Source of the DNA: Nemertoderma westbladi
Lineage: Eukaryota; Animalia; Xenacoelomorpha
Direction: 5' to 3'
Assembly: GCA_032718475.1 (NCBI GenBank)
Contig: JAUCBJ010009037.1
Location: forward strand, 1 to 64,000
Length of the DNA: 64,000 bases
Part shown: piece by piece, positions 1 to 12,819 of the stretch
Numbering within the stretch: the first letter of the stretch is position 1
Layout of the letters: every line of letters begins with the position of its first letter
Made by a program: the position numbers and the translations under genes
The notes under the pieces: generated by a model
Database searches by the model: none
What the model was told of the DNA's origin: nothing
The model's input: only the letters and a program-made list of their open reading frames with translations

Positions 1-422
1 TGGGGGGTTACTCTGGCTTAACGGCACAAGAAGAAACTTTACTTCCTGGTTATAAGTTTCAGTAGATACGGCAGCAGTAGCCCATTAATAATTCCAATTC
101 GCGAAAAAAGTAAATTATCTATAATTATCTTTATTACATTGAGTATAAAATGTGCAGCTGAGAGAATAATATATTCTGAAATTACAATTATTACAAAAAA
201 GATAGTTAATAAATATTACAGCTATCTATTTATAAATATAGTTTAAAATAAAAATATTGAGATTAGTTTATATATTTTAACTTCATGTTGCACTGAGGAT
301 AGGAGATTGAGTTTAATGAGTTAGCGAAAATTAACGTAGACGAAAGCACTTTGAATTTAGTTTCGAAAAGGTCAATCATTAATCACAATCCGTTACATAT
401 AATAAACAAAATATTGCGATAA

Positions 423-856
423 TTATTTCTTCTGACGCAGATCGTTGATTATCCCGTCGTAGTATGGAGCGAAGACGGCTTTGTTGAAGGAGACGACTTT
501 AATGAGAATCTTCGCTATCTCCTTGAGCTCATCCTTGACTGGGGCCAACCCATTCGGCATCGGTACCTCGTACTTGGGAGCCTGTGACGTCAGCGCTCCC
601 AGCAGGAAGTCGCGCCCGCGCTGTCCGATAACCTTCCGGACGGGATGCGCGTCGGAGCCCAGGGTTTCTATCTTTAGTTTGATGTCCCGGAGTTTCTGCT
701 CGGGTAGATGGCCGAACCCGTGCGACTCCAGACAGCTCTGGGTCTCCTTGATGACCTCTTCGGCGACGTTCTTGAGGACCTCCTCGCTCGGGTGGATCTG
801 GTTTTCCAACAGAACGGACATCGAATTCTTGAGTTTCGTTATAAATTCAGGGAAAC
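423..856 (-). CDS. TCP11-like protein (T-complex 11 family), last coding exon
   Basis: Acceptor TTGTTTCAG|G at 857/856. A phase-1 join with the upstream exon gives ...GGAITG-FPEFITKLKNSMSVLL... The C-terminus (LAPVKDEL...VSFNKAVFAPYYDGII) resembles TCP11L1/L2 C-termini. Stop at 423-425. Confidence 0.88.
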
Positions 857-2590
857 CTGAAACAATGGGAGATTATTATTATTAATTATATTATATTGCA
901 GCAACAAAAAGAATATTAAAGAAACGGCTAACAAGTCGGGACATTTGGCACGTTTTTGTCTAAAACGCTCATATCTTCCGATCTGTTTACTCATTTGTTT
1001 AATATGAGTTCTCATTTTGTCCAGAATTTATTGGGCTATGTTTCAGTCATAGTTTTCGTATTGATTTTAAACATATTTCGAATTGTTAGGGTCGATTTTG
1101 TCGACAGAGGTCAAACATGCCAATTCTCCCAAAACGTGGGGACATTTGGCAGAGAGGACAGGGATATTTGGCACCCTACTTTAAACGCTGTTATATATAC
1201 ATTTACAGCCTAATTTGCAAATATTTATCCTATATCCTATAGTAACTATCAGCTGACAAGCCCCATTTACATATTCTGTTAATCTTCTCTAAGTTTAACT
1301 TCAAGATTTACTTTTTGCGTAATTCAAGGAATTCCCCGGGCCGTTGATGGCTCCTTTCCATTGTTGTTTGCTGGAGGGTAGGGGTGGTAGGCATATGCGG
1401 GGAGTGTTCAAGGACTGGTATATGGGGAATGGTCATTGTCAACTGGATTCTGATTAAATTCGTAGCAACAATGATAATAATATTCAAGTAGAACTATAGC
1501 AATTAAACAATGCAGTGCAATACTAAGAAACTCATTGAAATATAAAAATCTTCAGTGCACTAATAAGAGGCTCATTGAAATCTAGCCAATTATCCCACCC
1601 AACATGGTACCCCGGTACCGGTAGATGTAGGCCTACCAGTTTGAGGATTTTTTTAGACAGTTTGAAAGTTAGAAGGTTTTACAGTAATAATTCGTTTGAG
1701 GAAGTACCAGTAGTCTAGGCACAAGAGTGGTGGCACGAAATGAGGCTCTTAAATCAAAGTAATTTTTAGAAAACCGAAAAGTCTGAAAATGTTGGTTAGG
1801 CCTACCACAATAATAAATCAATAATTAACCAGTCTAATGATCAAGCTGTCAGCCAATTACTGAACAGCGAACAGTATCTGTAGAGACTAACTGTAATCAT
1901 TACATTGAAATTCCAAATATCCCTAGCATACAAATGCCAAATGTCCCAAATTGGGGAACTTTGATAAATATAAAAATAAATATAAAACATTATTGTAACG
2001 ACATATTCTGTCAACTTGTACATAATACCAAATAGTCGACGATCATTTTCATATATCCAAAAGTACCAGTGATGCTACTTATGAAAGGGGGTTTCCTGGA
2101 ATACAAAAAATAAAAATTACCGTTTTGATTGGAAATTTACAAAATGTTATCCAGAGAATTGCCAGTTGCATTAAATATCATAATTTTTTCAGTTTCCATA
2201 TTCATATACAGTATTATAAGTTGAGTAAAATAGTTGTTACAATCCACATTCAGGAAATCACTCAAAAGGCAGGCATGCCAAATCTCCCCACGTGCCAAAT
2301 CTCCCTGGTCTCCCCTATTCTATACGATGCGTTTGGGATATTGAGAAGAAAATGATTTTTATAAATTCTTTCTAAATTCCGTAAAGTGGATAAAAAAACA
2401 AGAAGATTTCTTCTTATTGGTTTATTAAAATTAAATTTCTACAAACCTGGCTGGATTGAAACTGGAAAGTAAATTTGAAACTTATGTAGTGCAACTAGAC
2501 TATTGGTGCACCTAGAAGTTTTTGTAGGACTTGTCCGATAGGACAAGTCATGCAGTTTGTACAGCAAAAAGTGGCGGAACTGAAACTAAC

Positions 2591-3704
2591 CAGTAATGGC
2601 TCCACCGACACTGTTGAATGTGATGATAAGAACGCACGCGGTGTGAATAGCGACGGAGAAACGGCAACTGAGTTTCTTCAGCCGCGCCTCGTCCAGAGAC
2701 AGAGTTTCCGGGAAGATGCGGTCAATCTCCCACGAGAAAATCTGTAGGAATCCGGCGTTGAGTACCTGTTCGACGCGGGCAGTTGATCGGTCATCCATCG
2801 CCTCGTAGACGGACCGCAACCACTCGATACTGAACCGCAACGCCGTCGCAGTTGACCCCTCCGAATCCACAACCAGTTTAAACTTCCCGCGCTCGTATTC
2901 AATCGCCTCGTTCTGTAGGTGCGGTTTCAGCTGCTGCAGATGGAAGTTGGCCATATCGACCTTCATAACCTCTAAAACTTCGAACATTTTCTTAAACAGA
3001 TCCACCATGTCTTTAATTCCTTTTAGTTCCTCTACCATTGGGTCCCGTGCCGGCGCGCAGATCTTCGATATAACGCCGATAACGAAATCCGCGCGAGCCC
3101 GGATGTCCAGAGCCCCGTTGGCCGCCTCCTGCTGTATCTGCGACAGATCGAGGTGCGACTCGATCTGTTTGGCCATCGGCGTAGTCTGCGAGACCAGTAG
3201 CTCTAGTAGGAAGGCTTTAATCTCCCCGAGCAGCTGAACTGCGTACTCGTAATCCGGTGGGTTCGCGTTGAGTCGGTCCCGGAATGAGTCCCAAAATGCA
3301 CGATGCAGCGTCTCCTTAACCTGTCGTTCCAACGGGTTGCTTATAGGCGACGCACTCTCTGTGGGTATCTGAAAGTTGTCCTGCATGATCAGTTCGTGAG
3401 CCAGGACGAGGTTGTGTAAACCGTTTTGGGCCGCTATTAGACTCTCTACGTCCACGCTACCAGGGGGAGAAAGTCCGAATGGGGGCGGGGGCGATCTACC
3501 TATGTTGGCGGCCGGGGAATACCTCGCCGGGCGGGCGGGGGACGTTGGAATACCACGGGCCACCTCCGGCTGCAGGGTGCCTTTAACCGCCCCACCGTTC
3601 TTCCTCGGGCTCGCGGTTTTCTTGGATCTATCCGGAGATATTTCTTTATTCTTAGACGATTTACCAGGTGACCCGTTATTTTTTGATGCAGAGTTCGACG
3701 CCAT
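2591..3704 (-). CDS. TCP11-like protein, first coding exon
   Basis: ATG at 3704 (MASNSASK). TCP11-family motifs NLVLAHELIM, VKETLHRAFWD, CAPARD, MKVDMANF, IEYERGKF, FPETLSLD. Donor G|GTTAGT at 2591/2590. Exon is GC-rich against AT-rich flanks. Confidence 0.88.
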
Positions 3705-4229
3705 TATGAATGTGAAAAGTTGAATAATGAAAAGGGGCGAGGCGGTATGATACCACAGTACTGCAGTACCAGGATAATGCAGTACAGCAGTAATCAGTAA
3801 TGGCAATGGATACTGGGATAAGGTAGCTGGATAGGCCTACTGGACCAGTGGACCGCTGGATACTACAGTCAGTAGGTCCCTAGTGGAATCCTTACAAAAA
3901 GCGCGCCGGATAACGCGCCAGATATTATGAAAATCGCGCCGCGCCTAGTAATATTGGAAATCGCGCCGCGCCAACACTCTGAACTCTATAAATTGATGTG
4001 CGCCAGAAAAAATGTAGCATACAAATTAAAATACATTCGGCGCCAGTTAAGAATATATGCACGCCAGGAAATAATTTTGTTTTGAGCTCACTTAACATGC
4101 CACATACTGTATGATACAACAATTAGGCCATCAGCACACAATAATGTTCAGGATTTATTAAGTATTAATGTATTGCCGTCTTGGCACTTGGCATCAGTCG
4201 AAAATGTATCACCGTGATTGGGCCATACT

Positions 4230-4600
4230 AGCAATAAACTTTGTTTGTATATTAATTGGGATTTATGTTCTGGAACCGATCACACAGACCATTGGAGTTA
4301 TTCAAGGTGACATGCTACTGAGCTATACCCTCTCATATTCATCTTGTTTGTTTCCGACCTCCCTGCAGTTATTATAGCAACTGGATGCCTTATATTCATG
4401 TATGCCGACGATCTAGTTATTTGTAGAAATTCCATTGCGCAAGTTCAGATTGGACTCGATGCATTACTTGACTACTGCAGAGACCACGACCTAACAGTCA
4501 ATAGCTCAAAAATAAAAGTTGTTAAATTCAGACGTGGAGGTCGCTTATCACGGGACGATGTTCTGCATTACGATGGACAACTGTTATTTCATTATTTTAT
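4230..4600 (+). pseudogene. LINE reverse transcriptase fragment
   Basis: Frameshifted pieces read TIGVIQGD, LFVSDLP, FMYADDLVI, LTVNSSKIKVVKFRRGGRL, which are non-LTR RT motifs. Confidence 0.75.
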
Positions 4601-4769
4601 AACTCGATGCAATCTATTTACTTATTTATTTTACTTTTATCAGGTCACATTTTAGCGAGCAATTTTAACATAATTTTAGTAATCGCATTAATTCCAATAT
4701 GTTTGGTTAATATAATTAAATTCGAAAGTATTGATGTATTTCTCAAGTAGAGTTCAGAATAACAAAGAA

Positions 4770-5200
4770 TTACACTGCTAGAATGTAGTAAATGCATTAA
4801 ACACATTAAATAAAAAATCAATCCTAAGATAAGATAATTATTGACAATTACATACTGTATTTACACGAATTACAAACCTACCTCTACCCCCCCCCCCCCC
4901 CCTCCCTTAAGTGATAGAAGAATGTAGAAAATGCATTATATAACACATAAAAAAATCAATCCTAAGATAAGAGAATTATTGACAATTATTACATACTGTA
5001 TTTACACGAATTACAAACCTACCTCTATCCCCCCCCCCCCCCCCCCCCCTCCCTTAAGTGATAGAAGAATGTAGAAAATGCATTATAACACATAAAAAAA
5101 TCAATCATAAGATAAGAGAATCATTGACAATTACACTGTATTTTAAAAAATTACAATCCTGACTCTACTACCCCCCCCCCCCCCCCCCCCCCTCCACACC
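4770..5200 (+). repeat. ~3 tandem copies of a ~140-bp unit ending in poly-C
   Basis: AAAAAATCAATCCTAAGATAAGA..ATTGACAATT..ACTGTATTT..TTACAA..CTCTA-C(n) is repeated three times. Confidence 0.85.
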
Positions 5201-5370
5201 CCTTGGCCTTCCATTTATTAAACTGCTAATGGTATAGTGCAAGTAGAGTAGGACTACATCATTCTTAAAGTGAAATAAAAATCGTTATAACAGAAAGCCC
5301 CCCCCCCCCCCCCCCCCCCCCCCCTCAAACCACACAATTTTAAATTTAAAAGCCTCTATAAAATCAACAC

Positions 5371-5536
5371 CAGGGATGGCATAACGAAACGAAACAAAAG
5401 AAAAAAACGAAACTTATATTATTTTGTTTCGTTATTTGCTTGTGTTTTTATTTCGTTTGGCATTTTTACCTTACATTATTTTTTCGTTTCATTATTAGCA
5501 ACTATGCTTTGTTTCGTTTTCGTTATGCCATCCCTG
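5371..5536. mobile_element. hAT-type MITE (166 bp)
   Basis: TIR CAGGGATGGCATAACGAAA / TTTCGTTATGCCATCCCTG. Perfect 8-bp TSD ATCAACAC at 5363-5370 and 5537-5544. Confidence 0.92.
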
Positions 5537-6990
5537 ATCAACACTACACCCCCCCCCCCCCCCCCCCACCCCAATTCAATCCTCTTTCCCTATTACAAAT
5601 AGGCGTAGATTAATAATAGGCAAAATTTGCATAGAATTTAAGTCTAAGTTGATTCAGTATTACTATTCAATGACGAATTTAATCAAATAAATATTTAGTA
5701 CTGCAAACTGCCTACTGCAAACTGCAACTTCATTAAGGCTGTACTGCTGTAGTGTAAGGTCAGATCAGAAGATAACGGTACCGGTACAGTACCATACACA
5801 GCACACATACAGGTACGCGGTACCGGGTAGTTGATTGCAGCTGCAGGCAGACTGGTTGGTCAGCTGGTACCGGTATCTAGGATTTACATAGCGACGGGGT
5901 ATCTATGTAAAATTATAAATGCTGATAGGGTGACTGTATGGGATGTATGTAGGGATAGGTGGAGCGGTGGAGGTGGCCCGGCATGAAATATTTGTAGCGC
6001 GCCAATGAATAATTTTTGCGCGCCAGCGCGCCAATGCATAATTTTTGCGCGCCAGCGCGCCAAAGCTTGGCGCGTTTTATGAAAACGCGCCAAATTTGCG
6101 CGCCAGGCTTTTCAATGCGCGCCGGATAAATCCGGCGCACCCTGTAAGGATTCCAGTGTGACAGTAGGTCAGGTCATGCAGGTGCCAGGAGCAGGAGGGG
6201 TGTTTGAAAGAAGTGGAATGGACAATTTACAGACAGACCTATCACGGGCGAATTGCGTCACACAGCATCTCCACCCTTTTATTTTCAGATTTGTTGTCTA
6301 CCTTTTTCAAATTTGAAAAAGGTGGACAAGGTTGAGAAAAACAGGCAATGAATTGACCAATCAGATTGATTTAGACATTATAGCAGCAGGCATTATAGTT
6401 ATTATTTATTATCCCATAACTTAATGTAACCAACCGAGGTTGTCCAAGTAGTTTAATAATATGGGATGAGCCACGAAGACTGTACTGAGCCTTAGCATCA
6501 ATATTTAAACGTTTATAAACTGTATAACGCATTACAGTATAACGTTAATTATAATAACTACTGTATATATTGTACGGTATGGTAAATACTGTATAATATG
6601 CTTTATTTACCGTTTGTCCCCCCTGATAACAATTGCATGTTATTTTAACGTTTATATCACATTTTTATTGAACATGGCAAACGTTTGAAAAAACGTTTGC
6701 GACACGTCCAGAAATAGGTAATTTTCATGTTATTTTGTCCAAGCGGGTGGCATGTAATAAACGTTTAGAAGTAAACGTGTAAATAGCATGAAACAAACGT
6801 TACCCAATCGCCGGTTCTTTATGACGTTTGAATTAAACGTGTGTCTAGCATGTGTAACTAACGTGAATCATGCGTCGGTTCTTTCGAAATTGCTTGGAAA
6901 TATACGTTTTTTTAATGCAAAGAAAACGTTTGTTTTAAACGTTGTAAATCGTTATTCTCTACACTAATTTGGTCATCCATTGATTCGACC

Positions 6991-7250
6991 ACCGGGGGGT
7001 AACTGGACGCAAATCTCATCTTGGCGAATTAATATCCCGCCTCAATGTTAAATTCTCAATTACGGGAAGGAACAGGTTACAGTGGCACATTATTTTAACC
7101 AAAACAATAAACTAAGCACAATAGATTAGGTTACAGTTTTATTTTTGAGAGAAATCATCTGTTGTTTGCGTCGAATTTCCCCTGGAGAGGGATGAATTTT
7201 TATTGCGTCCAGTTCCCCCCCCCCCCCCCCCCCACCCACCCACCCCGGGG
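6991..7250. mobile_element. MITE of a dispersed family (core GGAAAGGAGCAGGTTACAGTGGC...AACCAAAACAATAAAC)
   Basis: TIR GGGGGTAACTGGACGCAA / TTGCGTCCAGTTCCCCC. Related copies or cores near 31417, 32541-32670, 33050/36615, 41360-41575, 47950 and 52030-52262. Confidence 0.7.
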
Positions 7251-7370
7251 CAATACATTGTAAAATAGACAACAATTAACATTTACGATAAAACAAATTA
7301 CAATTAAAACAACAATGTTGGGACGTCACGGGGAGTTTTCAGTTACATTGATCATTCAGTTTCAGCCGCA

Positions 7371-7868
7371 TCGATATCACTGAATCCGGAGTCCGTTCCG
7401 CCAAGGATCCGTCGATATCACTGAATCCGGAGTCCGTTCCGCCAAGGATCCGTCGATATCACTGAATCCGGAGTCCGTTCCACCAAGGATCCGTCGATAT
7501 CACTGAATCCGGAGTCCGTTCCGTCAAGGATCCGTCGATATCACTGAATCCGGAGTCCGTTCCGCCAAGGATCCGTCGATATCACTGAATCCAGAGTCCG
7601 TTCCGTCAAGGATCCGTCGATATCACTGAATCCGGAGGTCCGTTCCGCCAAGGATCCGTCGATATCACTGAATCCGGAGTCCGTTCCGCCAAGGATCCGT
7701 CGATATCACTGAATCCGGAGTCCGTTCCGCCAAGGATCTGTCGATATCACTGAATCCGGAGTCCGTTCCACCAAGGATCCGTCGATATCACTGAATCCGG
7801 AGTCCGTTCCACCAAGGATCCGTCGATATCACTGAATCCGGAGTCCGTTCCACCAAGGATATCCGTCG
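7371..7868 (+). repeat. 41-bp minisatellite, ~12 copies
   Basis: Unit TCGATATCACTGAATCCGGAGTCCGTTCCGCCAAGGATCCG, head-to-tail with no spacers. Confidence 0.95.
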
Positions 7869-8029
7869 CTAGCAAAGTGGAATAACTTTCCCGTTTCTTG
7901 GATCTGGAAAATTAATTTATTTATGTGTTAAAAAAATATAAGGCTCGGACTACGATTATATTAGACTAAGACTTCATCATCTACAATAAATTATCTACTA
8001 GATGTAAACCTAAATAAAAATAATTGGGG

Positions 8030-8505
8030 AATTGTTGAGTGGCTGTCGCTGTGACATAGCGTTGGGTGGCCAGCGATGGGTGGCCAGCGTTGGGTGACTG
8101 TGACACAGCGTTGAGTGGCTGTGACATAGCGTTGGGTGGCTGTGGCATAGCGTTGAGTGGGTATGACATAGCATTGAGCAGCTGTGACATAGCATTGAGC
8201 GCCTGTGACATAGCATTGAGTGGTTGTGACATTGCATTGAGTGGCTGTGACATGGCATTGAGCGCCTGTGAGATAGTGTTGAGTGGCTGTGACATAGCGT
8301 TGAGTGTCTGTGACATGGCTTTGAGTGGCTGTGACATAGCATTGAGCGGCTGTGACATAGCATTGAGCGGCTGTGACATAGCATTGAGTGGTTGTGACAT
8401 TGCATTGAGTGGCTGTGACATGGCATTGAGCGCCTGTGAGATAGCGTTGAGTGGCTGTGACATAGCATTGAGTGGTTGTAACATAGCTTTGAGTGGCTGT
8501 GACTT
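8030..8505 (+). repeat. 21-bp minisatellite, ~22 copies
   Basis: Unit GAGTGGCTGTGACATAGCATT. It accounts for the overlapping repetitive ORFs at 7981-8603. Confidence 0.95.
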
Positions 8506-11500
8506 CTGTCTCGCCCAACTTGTCTCTGCTTCCAAAAGTATAAAAAAGCGTCTCGATATATAAAACATCGAGACTGGAAAATATTTCGAGAAAATATCGC
8601 CATGGGATATATAGTGGTAGCTTGGTGAAAGGGTTTGGTTAGGTAAGTCTAGAGTTTAGTGTTGTCTTAGAATAGGGTTAGGTTGTAGATAGAGGGAGAG
8701 GCGGTATCACAACTCACCTCTGAGTATCAATGATCAACGTATTGTTAGTTGTCTGGGAATCAGTGTGAGTATCGTATTGGAAACATGATTGGATTCATTG
8801 TCGCTCATATATTCCACCTAAAATGATAATAATATATATACATATAGCATTGGAGCAATTAGATCAACGTGCACAAGTCACCACAACCCATCACAGACTG
8901 TTTCACATTTCCACTGCACTGGGGACTGGTTTATAAAGAGGAAATGAGTAAAAAATAAAGCAAACATTTACTTACCTACCATAGATAGCCAGAGTAAGGC
9001 ATGTTTTATTTTAAATTACAGTTTAAGCATATGCACGATCTGACGATTTATAAACGGCCCAAAGTACCAAGTGGGCCTAACCTAACAGCAAGGCCTAGTA
9101 CAGTAGTAGTAAGTAAAATAATAACCTCATCGCCAGAATCTGATGCGTATCTTTAGCTGGCTGCCTGGGACCGCATGCTGGCATGTCTAATTTACTTCCG
9201 ACCGCCGGCGCTTTTTCCCTCTATTTGATCCAAATAGATTACAGGATTAGGATTTTAATCACTTGAATCACTGAAATAACGATGTGTAAGAAGCCTATTC
9301 AAGTTCAATACAAACCTGTTAAGTGAAGAACCTTCGCATTAAATGTGGGCCAACTTGACAGTTGACAGAAGATCTGGATTCGAAAATTCTTTCCAACGTA
9401 CAGCTGTACCGGTAGTAGGCCGGCATTTCGAGGAGGCCATAATATTTTTCCAGTCAGCCAGTCTGCCAGTGCAGCCCTTGCCGCTTGCCTGTTGTTTCGA
9501 CCAACCAGCGCCAGGAAGACAGAGCCCAATCTAAACTGTCGTCGTCATCGAATTACTGTCAGACTGTCACTGCACTGCCTGACTGCATTACATACAGACA
9601 TATTACTGTATTCTGGTATTACAATACAATTAGGCTAGGCTGCTAGGCCTATATAATGTACATAAATAATATATAATGTATATGACATATATTGTATATT
9701 ACAGTATTACTGTATTATGTATTATATATGTTATGTAGGCCTATATAACATATAATGTATAATATAAAAAGATTTATCAGTTTATATGACAGTCAGGCAG
9801 TATGAAGCTTAATTAAAAATAACTTAAACAGTTAATATAGGCATACGGCAGTAAACAAACATATGGCAGTATCAGAGTATGGTCAACCCTATTGCAGCAC
9901 TTAAACCAGTAAACAGCTGGCCTACACACTGCCTACCTGCAGCACTACTGTCAAGCTCTCAGAATGTGGCTGAGTGGGTGCTGGTAGGCTGGGGCAGGCA
10001 GTGGAGTGTCTACTGACTGACTGATGTACTGCAGTACTGCATGCACTGCTGCATGATTTATAGGCCTATAAACGAATTTGGCGGTAAATTTTAGGCGGTT
10101 TATTCAAACAGCCTTAAGACATATTGGCAATGATGTGCAGGACGTTTGTTCAACACGACAAAGTAGCATTTAACAAACAGCTGGAATAAACATGTATGAT
10201 TTATGTTACACAATAACGTGTAAAACAAATGTTAAATAATTACATGATAAAACATGTTACATTTAGGTATCATAAAAACGTGATCAACAAATGTTTGATT
10301 ATAACATGATTGGATATTATGTTATTTAGATGTTAAAATAACATGTTGATTAAAACAAGTTTAGAAAAAAAACATGTCAACATGATTCAAGCATATAAAC
10401 AAACGTTTGGTATAATAGCGTGTAGCGTGTCTGGTTAGCAGGGCCGTGATCTGTTATTAAACGACCGAGCGTAGCGAGGGAGGTAAATAAGTCAGATCGA
10501 AGCGCGAAAAGGTAAATAAAGTATTTTATTTAATTGTACAATATGCCCCATACAATATGTTAGTTTTATTGTTAAAATCATGATGATTATTATTTTTATA
10601 ATTACTGTACTTTATTAGAAGAAATTGCTTAATAAATAATTTTGTCGATATTGCACCGCAGTTGCTCAGCAACCTGCAGGCCATTTATTCTATTTCATAC
10701 ATACAGTACTGTACTGAACACACAAAATTTTTAGACATTATTATTCATTTATTTGTTTGACGAGTATTAATAGTTTGATGTTATTTTACTATTGCGTAGC
10801 TACTCATTAAATAAACAACATATTCCAGAATATTATATTACAGTAGGCTTACAGCAGTAGTTGACTAATTGAAGAGTGAAGACCATTACTTTCTTGATAC
10901 TTAAAAGACACTGATCTATAAAGCGAGACGTGTTCTTTCATCGAGGATAGTCGTCACAACATATAATCAATATTAATAATTATCAACAAATAATATGAAT
11001 AACACGTACAGTAGCGGTGAAATATTAGACCCTTAATTTAAAGGGGTTGACAAGTTTGAAATAATGTATGAAGCGTACTACGTCACACTACGTTGTACTA
11101 CGCTACGTAGACTGGGTTGAGATAGAACAGGCAATGAATTGACCAATCAGATTGATTTGCACATTATAGCAGCTCTGTCCACGTTTTTCAAAAAATTTCA
11201 GAAGGTTTTTATGGATTATTATTGTTATTATTATCCCATACTTACTGTGACCAACCGAAGTTGTCGAAATAGGTCTAGTTCAATAAAATGGGGCGAGTCC
11301 CGGGCGAGTCACGAAGTCTGTGAGCTGAGCCTTAGCATCAATATTGGAACGTCAATATTCTAACTCATTACAGTATAAAGTTAATTATAATAACTACCTA
11401 TTGTACTGAGAGGGAAATTTAATATGCTTTATTTAACGTTCATCCCGAGATCTGTTATTAAACGACCGAGCGCAGCGAGGGAGGTAAATAAGTCCCTGTA

Positions 11501-11525
11501 TTTTGGGAGTGGCGGTCCGAAACCC

Positions 11526-12819
11526 GGGTAACAGACGTTTCGGTCTAAGACGTTTTGGCCTAGGACGTTTCGGCCTAATGAGTTAAATATAAGATTTGCT
11601 TGTCGGACGTTTTGGCCCAAAGATTCACTTTACAAATATAAAGTTTAGTCTACACAATGTAATATGTAGAAGATTATATGCATATAATTTTAATACTTTT
11701 AACTGTTAATTATATGCATATAATTTTAATACTTTTAACTGTTAATTATATGCATATAATTTTAATACATTTAACTGTTAATTATAATACCCATTAATTA
11801 TTTTAAATAGGACTACTGTTTAACCTCCAATCGCTATTATTCATAGATTATCACCTGTCCCTGAATGGGATATACGGTTATACAAGTAGAACCTGACGCA
11901 GATAAATTGGCATCAGTAGTTAAGTTATACAAGGTTTATTTGCAGAAGCTTCTGTATACTGTACATACTCAACTCATACATACTGTAGTATAAAAAAATA
12001 TAACTTGCAACATACAGTAGTAAATTAATGCGGGATATTGTTAGTTTTACTGTTAATTTTGTGCTATTCTTCCTTCGCGTTCAAGAGCAAGACGTTCCGA
12101 CGTTCGAACATATGGATAAACAAGATATCAGATATCGAGATATCACCTGTTCTAGAATTGCTACCGGTATGCGAAATTCCAGTGCTAGTTTACAGTCCTG
12201 CAATCGTTAACATTTTCTTATTGTTACAAAATTAAATCAATTACTTTATTCAGTTATTTTCCTTCGATTTATAAGCTATTCAACTAGTTTTAAATATATG
12301 CCATCCTCATCATCACTTCTTACAAAGCAAATATAAACCAATCATTTTAAGAATAAGTTGTTCAATATATTTGTTTTGATTTTGAAGTTTTTACGTTACT
12401 AGAGCAATTGTTACATAGTAGGAACTCTGATCCACCTATTCTAAAGTAGTCAAGATAGAAGTTCTACGATTATATTTATAAATATTAACTAATGTAATAA
12501 ACATAATTGATGGCGAATTGTCTATGGAACCAGAGTACCACCATACATATTGTTTATTTAATTTTGTAATAAGGGTAAATTAAATAGCCTTTTCATAAAA
12601 GATATTTCATTAAGACTTAACAACACTTAGTGTTGTTTGTATGTTATTGTGAAATAAGTCGAATTTTAATGAATAATTATTATCATATAATAAAACGACT
12701 TGGCCTTTTCTTTCAGTTTCAGTCATGGGCCGAAACGTCCGGACCGAATCGTCCGGGCCGAATCGTCCGGGCCGAAACGTCCTGGACCGAAACGTCCTAG
12801 GCCGAAACGTCTGTATACC
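11526..12819. mobile_element. Mutator (MULE)-like non-autonomous element
   Basis: TIRs GGGTAACAGACGTTTCGG / CCGAAACGTCTGTATACC with GACGTTTCGGCC subrepeats. 9-bp TSD CCGAAACCC at 11517-11525 and 12820-12828. Confidence 0.85.

Larger units (their letters stand above)
3881..6158. mobile_element. Non-autonomous TIR DNA transposon (hAT-like termini) with GCGCGCC subterminal repeats
   Basis: TAGTGGAATCCTTACA..GCGCCGGAT at 3881 is inverted relative to ATCCGGCGC..TGTAAGGATTCCAGTG ending at 6158. GCGCGCC motifs cluster at both ends. No clean TSD found. Confidence 0.55.
6621..10443. mobile_element. CMC/EnSpm-like non-autonomous DNA transposon
   Basis: Termini CCCTGATAAC / GTTAGCAGGG with 2-bp TSD CC. 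Dense AAACGTT/AACATG subterminal motifs at both ends. The uninterrupted empty site is visible in the paralogous block near 11440 (TTCATCCCGAGATCTG). Confidence 0.75.

Noticed and set aside
481-3723. Plus-strand ORFs overlapping TCP11-like exons (and similar antisense ORFs over SNX, P450 and pol)
   Set aside because: Antisense shadows of GC-rich coding sequence with no recognisable domains.
3705-3806. N-terminal extension of TCP11-like in the ORF track
   Set aside because: Non-ATG start and low-complexity CAGTA-rich sequence; ATG 3704 is more plausible.
7371-7868. CRISPR-like array
   Set aside because: Units are contiguous with no unique spacers, there are no cas genes, and the context is eukaryotic.
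7981-8603. Four overlapping repetitive ORFs
   Set aside because: All derive from the 21-bp minisatellite.
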